NCBI GenBank assembly: GCA_016930155.1
Contig: JAFGHL010000018.1
Location: 283 to 64,282, forward strand
DNA length: 64,000 nt
Direction: 5' to 3'
Origin: Dehalococcoidia bacterium
GTDB lineage: Bacteria > Chloroflexota > Dehalococcoidia > GIF9 > UBA5629
In this document: piece after piece, positions 20,480 through 30,044 of the stretch
Layout of the letters: the number at the start of each line of letters is the position of its first letter
Numbering within the stretch: position 1 is the first letter of the stretch
Notes under the pieces: model-generated
What the model was told of the DNA's origin: nothing
Seen by the model: the letters and a program-made list of their open reading frames with translations, nothing else
The model's database searches: none
Made by a program: the position numbers and the translations under genes

Positions 20480-21676
20480 TTATTGCCTCTCTTTTAAAAC
20501 TTTGCCGACTATATCCAGCGCCCTGGCGATCTCCTTCTCCGTGACGATGAGCGGTGGAATAAAACGAATTACGTCGGCTTTGACCTTATTCACGATCAAT
20601 CCCTTTTCCAGGCAGGTCAGCACTACCGGCTCTGCTATTTCTGCATTGAACTGCAAGGCCACCAGTAAACCCTTCCCTCTGACCTCTTTGATAATCTTAT
20701 AGTCTGCAGCCAGGTTATTCAGGCCGGAGCGAAGGTATTCGCCCATATGCTGGACATGGCTCGCCAAATCCTTTTTTATGATGTAACTGAGCACATCGAA
20801 GGCCGTGGCACAGATCAGAGGATTGCCGCCGAAAGTAGTACCGTGTTCACCGATCTTGAAAACGCAGGCGCGCTCCTTCGCCAGAAAAGCGCCGATGGGA
20901 ACGCCCCCACCCAAGCCCTTGGCCAGCGTCATAATATCTGGCTCCGCTCCGTACTGTTGATATGCATAAAGCGTACCGGTGCGGGCGATGCCGGTCTGCA
21001 CCTCGTCCAGAATGAGCAGCAGCCCTTTTTCATCGCACCAGGCCCTGACTTTACGCAGATAATCATCGGATGGAACGTTAACACCACCCTCACCCTGTAT
21101 CGGTTCGAGCATCACCGCACAGGTTAGTTTGTTGGTGGCCGCTTTGATCGCATCCAGGTCGTTGTAATCGACATTGACGAAACCTGTCGGCAAAGGAGTA
21201 TACGGCTCCTGAAACTGGTTCTGACCCGTAGCCGCAGTTGTTGCCAGTGTGCGACCGTGGAACGACTCGTGGGTTGTGATAATCTCATAGGCGCCGTCCA
21301 GCTTCAGCTTGCCGTAACGGCGCGCCAGCTTGATGGCGCCCTCGTTTGCCTCAGCTCCGCTGTTGCAGATGAAGACGCGGTCGAGGCAGCTTGTCTTAAC
21401 CAGCAGGTCAGCCAATTGCAATTGCGGGACCGTGTAATACATATTGGACATCTGTATCAGCGTTTTAGCCTGGCGTGTCAGCGCATCAACTACAACAGGA
21501 TGACAGTGCCCCAGGCTGGTCACCGCGATGCCGGCCACGAAATCAAGGTATTCCCTGCCTTTATCATCCCAGACCTTCATTCCTTTCCCGCGCACGATAG
21601 TGACTGGCCAGCGCTTGGCCAGTTGCATATAAACCTTCTTTTCCAGTTCCGTCCAGTCGTTATTGTTGGTTGACAA
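20480..21676 (-). CDS. argD: Acetylornithine aminotransferase
   Basis: Class III aminotransferase; LILDEVQTG and PLP-Lys region DIMTLAKGLGGG. Located within the arg operon. Confidence 0.92.
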   Translation of the reverse strand: MSTNNNDWTELEKKVYMQLAKRWPVTIVRGKGMKVWDDKGREYLDFVAGIAVTSLGHCHPVVVDALTRQAKTLIQMSNMYYTVPQLQLADLLVKTSCLDRVFICNSGAEANEGAIKLARRYGKLKLDGAYEIITTHESFHGRTLATTAATGQNQFQEPYTPLPTGFVNVDYNDLDAIKAATNKLTCAVMLEPIQGEGGVNVPSDDYLRKVRAWCDEKGLLLILDEVQTGIARTGTLYAYQQYGAEPDIMTLAKGLGGGVPIGAFLAKERACVFKIGEHGTTFGGNPLICATAFDVLSYIIKKDLASHVQHMGEYLRSGLNNLAADYKIIKEVRGKGLLVALQFNAEIAEPVVLTCLEKGLIVNKVKADVIRFIPPLIVTEKEIARALDIVGKVLKERQ

Positions 21677-22460
21677 TTGTTGTACCCTTTCCTTTTCCTT
21701 CGATTTCGTCGATCAGCGCATGCGCAACACGCCCGTCTATAATGCGGGTCAGCGAGACCTTGCGGGCTGCGATCACGCCCGCTTCGAGCTTGGCCACCAT
21801 GCCGCCGGACGCGGTACCGCTTTCGATCATATTTCTGGCCCTGCCGACATCGATGTGCGTTATCACCTGTCTGGAATCATCGTATATCCCCGGCACGTCG
21901 GTTAGGAAGATCAGCTTGCGAGCATCCAGCGCAGCAGCGATCTCGGCAGCGATCGTATCTCCGTTGACATTCAGCAGGTTGTTATCATCCCTGTCACCGG
22001 CCCGGGCATTGATGCAGACGGGAGCTATCACCGGCATATAGCCGGCGTTGAGCAGCGCTTTCAGCAGGTGTGAGTTCACCGTCAGTTCTTCGGCAGTCAG
22101 CCCCAGCTCGCGGTTCTTATTCGTTCCCATCACTATGGCGCCGTCTGCGCCGCTTATCCCCACAGCTTTACCTCCCCTGCGGCTGATCTCGGATACCAGC
22201 TCCTTATTGATCAGCCCCGCCAGCACAGCCGTGACCACCTTCAGTGTGTCTTCATCGGTCACGCGCAAGCCCTGCACGAAGCGGGTGGAGATATGCAGCC
22301 TGCTCAGCCAGTCCGTAACAGCATTGCCCCCGCCGTGTACGACTACCACGGGAACCTTTTTTTTCTGGAGGTTAACAAGGTCTTCCAGCGTGGTATCGTT
22401 CTGGCCCAGAGTACTGCCGCCAATCTTAACCACTATGATTTTCGATCTAAACATATGCAA
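21660..22460 (-). CDS. argB: Acetylglutamate kinase
   Basis: VVKIGGS and VVVHGGG motifs; 266 aa. Confidence 0.95.
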   Translation of the reverse strand: MHMFRSKIIVVKIGGSTLGQNDTTLEDLVNLQKKKVPVVVVHGGGNAVTDWLSRLHISTRFVQGLRVTDEDTLKVVTAVLAGLINKELVSEISRRGGKAVGISGADGAIVMGTNKNRELGLTAEELTVNSHLLKALLNAGYMPVIAPVCINARAGDRDDNNLLNVNGDTIAAEIAAALDARKLIFLTDVPGIYDDSRQVITHIDVGRARNMIESGTASGGMVAKLEAGVIAARKVSLTRIIDGRVAHALIDEIEGKGKGTTIVNQQ

Positions 22461-22472
22461 TCCAGGGACAGG

Positions 22473-23678
22473 TCAGGTCGTGTAATCGCTATTTATAGTA
22501 ACATACTCCTGAGAGAGATCGCATCCCCAAGCGACTGCACTTCCCGCTCCGATATTCAGGCAGACTCTGATCGTAACCTGATCGGCCTTCATACGGCGGC
22601 TGAGTTTATTCTTTTCAAAGGGCAGCGGGCTACCCGCGCGCATCACCTGTTCACCCTGCAGGTAAACATCGAGCACCTTCTCGTCCATATCGGCTCCGCT
22701 ACGTCCCAGGACGGCCACGACACGGCCCCAGTTGGGATCGTTGCCATGCACGGCCGATTTAACCAGAGCGGATGCGGCGATCAACCTGGCCACCTTCCTC
22801 GCCTGAGATTTGCTCTTTGCGCTTTCTATGCATACCTCGATCAACCTGGTGGCGCCCTCCCCATCCGCAGCGATGCAGCAGGCCAGGTATCGGCATATGC
22901 TGCGCAGGGCTTCCCTGAACATCCTGCCGTTTTCAGCCGTAATCAGATCGTTATCAGCCTGGCCATTGGCCATGATCGATACCATGTCATTGGTGCTGGT
23001 ATCACCATCTATAGTGAGCATATTAAAGCTGTCCTCGACAGCGGCTTTCAGCGCCTTAGCCAGAAATTCACGATTGATCCTTGCATCGGTCGTCAGGAAA
23101 CTCAGCAGCGTGGCCATATCCGGATGGATCATGCCCGCGCCCTTGGCTATACCGCCGATAGTATAATGCCCGTTCTGCTCCATGACCCTGACGGCGATCT
23201 CCTTGGGACGTGTATCCGTGGTCATGATGGCCCTGGCCAGTTTATGGCCTCCATCCTTGAGCAGCTCGATTTTACCGATGCCCTTCTGTATCCTGTCCAT
23301 GGGCATGACATTGCCGATTACTCCGGTACTGGCCACCATGACCTGATCGGCCCTGATACCCAGTTTTTTCGCAGCCAGGGCAGACATTTCGGCGGCATCG
23401 CGCAATCCTCTGTCACCTGTGCAGGCGTTGGCGCAGCCCGAATTCACCACCACGGCGCGCGCCCTGCCTTTTTCATTATTCTTCATACTGAGAATAATGG
23501 GAGCCGCTTTTATTTTGCTGCGTGTAAAGACCGCGGCGGAAAGCGCGGGCGCCTCGGAATAAAGCAACCCCAGATCGAGTCGGCCCTTGTATTTAATTGC
23601 AGCCTCCACAGCGCCGGCCAGAAAACCCTGCGGCGATGTGACTGTGCCCTGTTTGATATCCTCTATTTTCTCTTTCAT
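22473..23678 (-). CDS. argJ: Bifunctional ornithine acetyltransferase / N-acetylglutamate synthase
   Basis: 401 aa; autoproteolysis-site region HPDMATLLSFLTTDA; C-terminal INSDYTT. Confidence 0.95.
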   Translation of the reverse strand: MKEKIEDIKQGTVTSPQGFLAGAVEAAIKYKGRLDLGLLYSEAPALSAAVFTRSKIKAAPIILSMKNNEKGRARAVVVNSGCANACTGDRGLRDAAEMSALAAKKLGIRADQVMVASTGVIGNVMPMDRIQKGIGKIELLKDGGHKLARAIMTTDTRPKEIAVRVMEQNGHYTIGGIAKGAGMIHPDMATLLSFLTTDARINREFLAKALKAAVEDSFNMLTIDGDTSTNDMVSIMANGQADNDLITAENGRMFREALRSICRYLACCIAADGEGATRLIEVCIESAKSKSQARKVARLIAASALVKSAVHGNDPNWGRVVAVLGRSGADMDEKVLDVYLQGEQVMRAGSPLPFEKNKLSRRMKADQVTIRVCLNIGAGSAVAWGCDLSQEYVTINSDYTT

Positions 23679-23754
23679 GGGGTTAAGACTATAGCACTTT
23701 TCTACGGATACCGCTATTTTCCGGCCGAGCGCATTGCCTTCTAATCAAGAATCT

Positions 23755-26337
23755 CTATTTATCACGCTCCGCCTTTTTCTTCAGCTCATATAATTTATTA
23801 ATAGCCTCAATGGGCGACATCGTATCTATATCGAGATCCTTCAGTTCGCTTTCAATTTCGGATGACCGCCCGAATATGGATAACTGCAGAGCCTGAGCTT
23901 CAGTCGACTCCCTGTCTGCACCGTTCCTGCGCGAGGCCCGTTCTTCTTCCAGTTGCTGTAATATCTGCCCTGCACGTAGTATGACGGCTCTGGGCAATCC
24001 GGCAAGTTGAGCCACGTGTATGCCGTAACTACGGTCGGCGCCCCCGGGAATGACTTTGCGCAGGAATATGACCTTACCTCGCTCCTCAGCCACCGCCATG
24101 TTGTAGTTTTTCACCCGCGGCAGGCTGGCCGCCAGCTCCACCAGCTCGTGATAATGTGTGGCAAAAAGCGTCCTGGCCCGCAACCTGGCGTTGTTGTGTA
24201 TATATTCGATGGTGGCCCAGGCGATGGAAAGGCCATCATAGGTGCTGGTGCCCCTGCCCACCTCGTCCAGTATCAACAGCGACCTGGTTGTCGCATTGTT
24301 GAGTATGTTGGCCGCCTCAATCATCTCGACCATGAATGTAGATTGCCCCGCTGCTATGTCTTCCTGGGCGCCAATACGTGTGAAGATGCGGTCAACAAGT
24401 CCTATTACGGCTTCGTCAGCCGGCACATAGCTCCCTGCCTGAGCCATCAAAACGATCAGCGCCACCTGCTTGAGATAAGTTGACTTACCCGCCATGTTGG
24501 GACCTGTCAGTACGATCAGCTGGTTATCACCGCTGGAAAGTGATGTATCATTGGGTATAAATGCGCCGCTGCCCAACGCCCTCTCCACGACCGGATGCCG
24601 CCCCCCCCTTATTGTAATAGTCTCCCCATTATTCAGCTCGGGCTTCACATATTTATTGCGCACCGCCAGCTCTGCCAGGCTGGAGTAAACGTCCACCCTC
24701 GCCACTGCCCTGCCGGATTCCAGTATCCTTTCACCCCGGTCGGCAATCTGGCCGCACACCTGGGTGAAAATAGATTTCTCCATCTCGATCATCCTCTCCT
24801 GTGCATTTAGTATAAGGGACTCGTATTCCTTGAGCTGCGGAGTGTAGAAACGTTCCCCGTTGGCCAGAGTCTGTTTGCGGATATAGTCCGAGGGCACCGA
24901 CCCCAGGTTGGACTGAGACACCTCTATGTAATAGCCGAAAACCCGGTTATAGCCCAGCTTGAGTGACTTGATGCCGGTGCGCTCCTTCTCCTTTTTCTCC
25001 AGCCCGGCCAGATACTGCCGTGCATCTGAGGCCATGGACCTGATGCTGTCAAGCTCCTCTGAAAAGCCTTTTCGGATAACCCCACCATGATCGAAGTTGG
25101 AGGCCGGCTGGTCGGCGATAGAGTTGGAGACCAGTTCAACTATATCCGGACAGGGCTTAAATCCGTCGCTGAGATAGGATGGCGGACCATTTTCATCCAG
25201 CGAAACCTGTATGGACGCCAGTTTCTTCAGTCCGGACTTGAGCGCCACCAGTTCCCTGGGCAGGGCGTTGCCGCTGCGCACTCTGTTGATGATACGTTCG
25301 ATATCGGGCATATCGGACAGCAGCGAGATGACCGTGCTTCGCAGAATGGCGTTTCTGCAGAACCAGCCGACAGCCTGCTGCCGCTGCTGCAGGACCTCCA
25401 GGTCGAGCAGCGGCTGGCCGATGTATGTTTTCAGCAGGCGGCCGCCCATGGATGTCTTGGTCATATCAATAACCGACAGTAGCGATCCCTGGGCCGTGCC
25501 CCAGCGCAGGCTGCTGTACAACTCCAGATTACGTATGGTCTGCAGATCCAGTGTCATGAAGGACGTCGTGGAATAGGTCGACAAATAGGTGAGCAGTCCC
25601 ATGGCTGCTTTCTGGTTCTCTTGCAGATAGGCGACGATGGCGCCGGCCGCTCCCACCGCCAGCGGCAGATGTTCACAGCCGTAACCTTCCAGGGACGAGG
25701 TGGAGAATAGCTCCAGCAGTGATTGAGCGGCGCTCTCCCTTTCAAAGAAATAAGCTTCTACCTCGGTTACATTGCGGAAAGCGCTGATCTCACCATATCC
25801 CGATGATTTCGGCACGATGAGCTCAGCCGGATTTAACCTGGCCAACTCATCCGCAGCCCGGTCGCGGTCCACCTGAGTTACGGCAAACTCGCCGGTGGTG
25901 ATATCCGCAAAGGCGATGCCGGCCTGGTCCTTATGCATCAGCAGGCTGACCAGATAGTTATTGCTTTTCTCTGCCAGCAGGCCGGGCTCGATCAGCGTGC
26001 CCGGCGTGACCACCCGGATCACATCACGCTCAACCAGGCCCTTGCCCGGTGGAGTCAATTGCTCACAGATAGCCACCTTGTAGCCACGGCTTATCAAACG
26101 CGCCAGGTAATTCTCCAGGGCATGGTGAGGTATACCTGCCAGCGGGACTTTGACGCCTTTGCCCATCTCCCGCGAGGTGAGCACAATCTCAAGCTCGCGT
26201 GAGGTGATCCTGGCATCCTCGTCGAATGTCTCATAAAAATCGCCCAGCCGGAAAAACACGATGGCGCCGGGATATTTCTGCTTGATGCGCAGGTACTGCT
26301 TTCTCAAAGGTGTGTGGGACGTCTCTCTGGCCGTCAT
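23755..26337 (-). CDS. mutS: DNA mismatch repair protein MutS
   Basis: TPLRKQYLRIK N-terminus, Walker A GPNMAGKST, FATHYHEL. I prefer ATG 26337, which forms an ATGA overlap with the upstream GH57 stop; the track ORF starts at GTG 26352. Confidence 0.96.
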   Translation of the reverse strand: MTARETSHTPLRKQYLRIKQKYPGAIVFFRLGDFYETFDEDARITSRELEIVLTSREMGKGVKVPLAGIPHHALENYLARLISRGYKVAICEQLTPPGKGLVERDVIRVVTPGTLIEPGLLAEKSNNYLVSLLMHKDQAGIAFADITTGEFAVTQVDRDRAADELARLNPAELIVPKSSGYGEISAFRNVTEVEAYFFERESAAQSLLELFSTSSLEGYGCEHLPLAVGAAGAIVAYLQENQKAAMGLLTYLSTYSTTSFMTLDLQTIRNLELYSSLRWGTAQGSLLSVIDMTKTSMGGRLLKTYIGQPLLDLEVLQQRQQAVGWFCRNAILRSTVISLLSDMPDIERIINRVRSGNALPRELVALKSGLKKLASIQVSLDENGPPSYLSDGFKPCPDIVELVSNSIADQPASNFDHGGVIRKGFSEELDSIRSMASDARQYLAGLEKKEKERTGIKSLKLGYNRVFGYYIEVSQSNLGSVPSDYIRKQTLANGERFYTPQLKEYESLILNAQERMIEMEKSIFTQVCGQIADRGERILESGRAVARVDVYSSLAELAVRNKYVKPELNNGETITIRGGRHPVVERALGSGAFIPNDTSLSSGDNQLIVLTGPNMAGKSTYLKQVALIVLMAQAGSYVPADEAVIGLVDRIFTRIGAQEDIAAGQSTFMVEMIEAANILNNATTRSLLILDEVGRGTSTYDGLSIAWATIEYIHNNARLRARTLFATHYHELVELAASLPRVKNYNMAVAEERGKVIFLRKVIPGGADRSYGIHVAQLAGLPRAVILRAGQILQQLEEERASRRNGADRESTEAQALQLSIFGRSSEIESELKDLDIDTMSPIEAINKLYELKKKAERDK

Positions 26338-28463
26338 TTTATCACCCGCCACATGTAGTTAAATGAAGCCGTCCGGCCCGGCTCTATAATTAAAGGTAGC
26401 ACTATAACCACACAACTGCACTGATAGATTTTCTCCAGGCCCGCCTCGGAATTGGATATGCTCTCCACGGGATAGCGCCAGATGGTCACCGGCCGTTCGA
26501 TCTCCAGCTCCAACTCGAATCCCAGATAGCGATTGCCCATGATAAGCCGGTCCACATCCTCTATCTCTCCGCTGGAATCAAGATGGGCGTCTCCGATTTC
26601 TCTGCCTTCAATACGATAATAGGCTGCCCCGTTGCGGCCTCCCCCCAGCAAATTGATGTTCCATTCGCCTGCAAAGAGCGTATCTATTGAGATATGGCCT
26701 GTGTTTTCAAATCTATACTCGATTCTCAGGCTGCCATCGTTGCGCTCAAGGATGATGTTTTTACTCAGCGTCAGGCCGCACGTATTATGAAGAGAAAGCA
26801 CAGCGCCCTCACGCTCCAGTTCTATTTTCAGACTATTGATTTCCGGGACAACCCGGCAAAGATAAGGCTGTCCGGCGAAATCCCCCCTGTCATCAAAGAT
26901 ATTCTTGCGATAATCCATCATTTTAACCTGACTGTCCAGGAAGCTATCGATCAAGCTCGAGCGCGGCAACCTGTCATAGATCAACCATTCCGCGACGTCG
27001 CCGTCCTTGATCTTCACGCCATCGTGAATGCTGCGGACGCCGCTGCCATCCTGATATTTCTGACGAGTGTTCTCACCCGCGGTCAGGGCACTGTGATAGG
27101 CCTCGGGTTTACGCGATACCGTGCTGAGCACATTGCAGGCATGCTTGCGCAGGTCCCATTCAAATATGCTGCCGCCTTCAGCGGGGCTGAGGTACAGGTT
27201 AAGGTCTTCACCTTCTATTATTATCTCTTCACGGCCGTCACCGTCGAAATCAACCTGTTGCCAGCGATACCGCTGATCGACATCGGTCAATACTGCATCT
27301 GCGCAGTTCTCCGCCTTGATTAAATTGGTGAAGGCCGTCACCCTTATATCCGGCAGATAGATACCTCCGAATACGCCGTGCCAGTACGGGCAGTTGCATT
27401 GCGCTTTCCAGAGGTATTCTATCCCGCAATCAGTCCCATCCACGGCCAGCGCCTGATGTACCCTGGAGCTGACTGCAAGCATTTTCTTATGCATACGGTT
27501 TATCTCAGGATACTTGACCAGGAAATTTCGCCAGTAGCCGCTGAACAGCTTATTCAACTCCCCGTCTCCGGACGGCCGGCGCTTCAGTTCCGCATACTGC
27601 TCGGATACGTCGGCGGGCAGCGACCATTCCAGCATCTCGTCATAGGATGAGCACGGCAGATATACACGGCCTGCAGGGTCATGCCTTTGCGCGTAATCAC
27701 CGAGTTTGATCGTGGACAGCCACTCTCCATTATTTTCGATAGCTGTAAACAATTCATCGACCCATCCTGCTTCCCAGCAGAGCTTTGCGGTCTGCGGCCA
27801 GACGCCGAATTTCTCGCCGTCATCACCCAGCACTGCAATCTTTTCCCCGCTTTCCGATGCGTTTTCTTTTAAATACGCGACAACGTCGCCCACGTTATGC
27901 CAGGGTATGGCGTAACGCAGGTGCTTGCTGATGGGAAAGACCTTGATATACCTGCCCTGCTCCTCGGTTGTGAAGTAGCCGAACAGCTCCTTTTCAGACC
28001 TGCCCACCATTTTAAAGGCCGTATCGTCCACCAGCGTCCAATCTATCCCCGCCTCTGCAAGAACCATAGCCAGTGAGGGCTCCCAGACGCGTTCGGCCAG
28101 CCACAGGCCGCGCGGCCGGCGACCGAACTGCTGTTGTATGTACTCGCTCATCCTGCCTATCTGCCCGCTCTTATCGACGTCAGGTATCATAGAAAGGATC
28201 GGCTCGTAGTAACCCCCACCCATTATTTCCACCTGCCCGCAGGAGATTAATTTTGCCAGCAGTCCTAAAAATTCAGGATGCTGCCCGGAGATCCAGTCCA
28301 GCAGGCATCCGCTGTAATGCAGGGAAACGCTGATAGAAGGGTGACGTTCCAGCGCCTCGAGCATGGGCAAATATGCCTGCCGGTAAGAATCTTCAAAAAC
28401 CCATGAAAAATTGCCGAGAGGTTGATGGTTGTGTATGGCCAGGCCCAGATATATCCGCTTCAA
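26334..28463 (-). CDS. Glycoside hydrolase family 57 protein (4-alpha-glucanotransferase / amylopullulanase-like)
   Basis: N-terminal LAIHNHQPLGNF (GH57 HQP motif); 709 aa with a large C-terminal beta-rich region. In a glycogen gene cluster. Confidence 0.82.
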   Translation of the reverse strand: MKRIYLGLAIHNHQPLGNFSWVFEDSYRQAYLPMLEALERHPSISVSLHYSGCLLDWISGQHPEFLGLLAKLISCGQVEIMGGGYYEPILSMIPDVDKSGQIGRMSEYIQQQFGRRPRGLWLAERVWEPSLAMVLAEAGIDWTLVDDTAFKMVGRSEKELFGYFTTEEQGRYIKVFPISKHLRYAIPWHNVGDVVAYLKENASESGEKIAVLGDDGEKFGVWPQTAKLCWEAGWVDELFTAIENNGEWLSTIKLGDYAQRHDPAGRVYLPCSSYDEMLEWSLPADVSEQYAELKRRPSGDGELNKLFSGYWRNFLVKYPEINRMHKKMLAVSSRVHQALAVDGTDCGIEYLWKAQCNCPYWHGVFGGIYLPDIRVTAFTNLIKAENCADAVLTDVDQRYRWQQVDFDGDGREEIIIEGEDLNLYLSPAEGGSIFEWDLRKHACNVLSTVSRKPEAYHSALTAGENTRQKYQDGSGVRSIHDGVKIKDGDVAEWLIYDRLPRSSLIDSFLDSQVKMMDYRKNIFDDRGDFAGQPYLCRVVPEINSLKIELEREGAVLSLHNTCGLTLSKNIILERNDGSLRIEYRFENTGHISIDTLFAGEWNINLLGGGRNGAAYYRIEGREIGDAHLDSSGEIEDVDRLIMGNRYLGFELELEIERPVTIWRYPVESISNSEAGLEKIYQCSCVVIVLPLIIEPGRTASFNYMWRVIK

Positions 28464-28479
28464 ATATGCACCCTTGCTC

Positions 28480-28701
28480 TCAGGCCTTGTGCGCTTTGTC
28501 TATGGATAACTTGAGCACGACCTTGTCGCCAACCTTGTCGATATCACCCGTCAGCAGTGTCCTGGTACGCATAAATCCCGTCGAGACAACGATGCCCGTC
28601 ACGTTCCACTTAACCGTATCTATCACGACATCCTTCACGTGTCCGACGATGCGCGCGCCGGAGTCGATAACCTCTTTTCCGATAATCTCCCGGGACATCA
28701 T
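28480..28701 (-). CDS. Stand-alone PRC-barrel domain protein (73 aa)
   Basis: IIGKEVIDSGARIVGHVKDVVIDTVKWNVTGIVVS...GDIDKVGDKVVLK fits the PRC-barrel pattern. GGAGGA RBS. Paralog at 35013..35243. Confidence 0.7.
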   Translation of the reverse strand: MMSREIIGKEVIDSGARIVGHVKDVVIDTVKWNVTGIVVSTGFMRTRTLLTGDIDKVGDKVVLKLSIDKAHKA

Positions 28702-28736
28702 TTCATTAATCCTCCATATACGATGGCAGGCTATAT

Positions 28737-30044
28737 TTATACCTGATCCATGAAAAGGTAATCAGTGATTCTGTCAAATACGTGCCTGGCCGCCATTGCA
28801 CTGTAGTTAATCTCCCTCTTTTGCTCCTGGCTGTATCCGCTCAGCGATACGGCTTTTACTGAGTTTAACAGGGCTTCCCGTTGCTGTACCAGGCCTTTAT
28901 CTATCATATTGATGTTCCACATAGGCTTTCTGCTGGCCCACCAGAACTGACAGCTGTGCAGCGCACAATCCAGCGCATTTCTGGCCAGTCCGGCATACTC
29001 AAGACTGTCTGGATTGTCCCCCACCTCCACCGCTTTATGCACCGCCTTTATCGTCAGGTCCAGATGTTCCCACTGCATCCTGTGCACCTGATTGTTCCTG
29101 TCCTGCCAGAGCGGATAGTAGTTTTCCGCCTCGATATCGCCGGCGGATGTGCTCCAGGACGAGGGCCTCGGGTTGATCTTCTGCCCCGCAGGAAACAGTT
29201 CAAGTAGCTGGCTGATCGTAACAATCCTAATCTCATCAGCGTCCTGGGACCTCTCGTACTCGAATAGCTTGCGGTGTTGCTCGGCCAGCGGCTTCTGTTC
29301 GAGCATTACAGCCCGGCTGTCCTCGGCCGGAACGAGTGTCTCGTATACCTGGGATAAGAATAGCCTGTCCCAGTGCTGTATATGGTGGCCGAACGTTTCC
29401 GCATCCATGGCGGTTATCACGTAGATATCTCCTTCGCCCTGGCGCAGCTGTTTTAAATGCTGGATAAACCCTTTGCCGTCCACATCTTTAAAGCTGATTT
29501 TATTGCTCAGGATATCGTCGCGGAAAAACACTGCCAGCGGCCGGCCGGCGTAATCGATGCGGTGGATGACATCCATAGGCCAGTCTACCGGGCAGGCGAT
29601 ACCGCTGACTATGATCCATTCGTGATGCGCAGCGCTGACAGGCCCAGCGATGTCTTTTGAATAACACATCTCAGGGGGGAAAAACCCTCTCGGCTGATAC
29701 GCTTCGCCCAGATACTCACGATTTGCCGTTTGGTTGAGCATAATCTGTCTGGCCATCTCATCTTCGGGTATGAGGGGCAATATGGGATGATATTTACCCG
29801 AGCCGGTGAACTCGATCTGCCCTCTCTCAGCCAGCTTGCGCATCCCGCTCAGCACGTCGCCGTACCCGTACAGGCCGAGCATCTCGCTGAGAACGCCGTT
29901 TATGTTGAATGTTGCCCTGGCCCGGGGAAATTCGTCAAACACCTCCAGCACGGGTCGGTAAGACTCGTTGGCCACCTTCATCAATATGCCGGGAGTCTGA
30001 GTCGGCGGTTGATAAAAATGAAAAAGCGGCGCCCAGTAAATCAT
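28737..30044 (-). CDS. Glycoside hydrolase family 57 protein (short form, 435 aa)
   Basis: N-terminal WAPLFHFYQPPTQ (GH57 region 1) and AMDAETFGHH (GH57 catalytic-region-like). 4-nt overlap with the upstream ROK kinase gene. Confidence 0.78.
   Translation of the reverse strand: MIYWAPLFHFYQPPTQTPGILMKVANESYRPVLEVFDEFPRARATFNINGVLSEMLGLYGYGDVLSGMRKLAERGQIEFTGSGKYHPILPLIPEDEMARQIMLNQTANREYLGEAYQPRGFFPPEMCYSKDIAGPVSAAHHEWIIVSGIACPVDWPMDVIHRIDYAGRPLAVFFRDDILSNKISFKDVDGKGFIQHLKQLRQGEGDIYVITAMDAETFGHHIQHWDRLFLSQVYETLVPAEDSRAVMLEQKPLAEQHRKLFEYERSQDADEIRIVTISQLLELFPAGQKINPRPSSWSTSAGDIEAENYYPLWQDRNNQVHRMQWEHLDLTIKAVHKAVEVGDNPDSLEYAGLARNALDCALHSCQFWWASRKPMWNINMIDKGLVQQREALLNSVKAVSLSGYSQEQKREINYSAMAARHVFDRITDYLFMDQV

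Noticed and set aside
22293-23744. 483-aa ORF on the plus strand, the longest non-annotated ORF in the track. Similar long ORFs occur at 13029..14003, 4410..5195, 7126..7863, 18037..18780, 6413..6943, 26694..27323, 56615..57214 and 60129..60740.
   Set aside because: Each lies fully antisense to a gene with unmistakable family motifs (argJ, recG, gatA, aminotransferase, argH, lrp, GH57, AOR, AOR-like/PP-loop). Their translations are low-complexity and Arg/Gly/His/Pro-rich with no recognisable motifs. They are typical stop-poor shadow frames in moderately GC-rich DNA.
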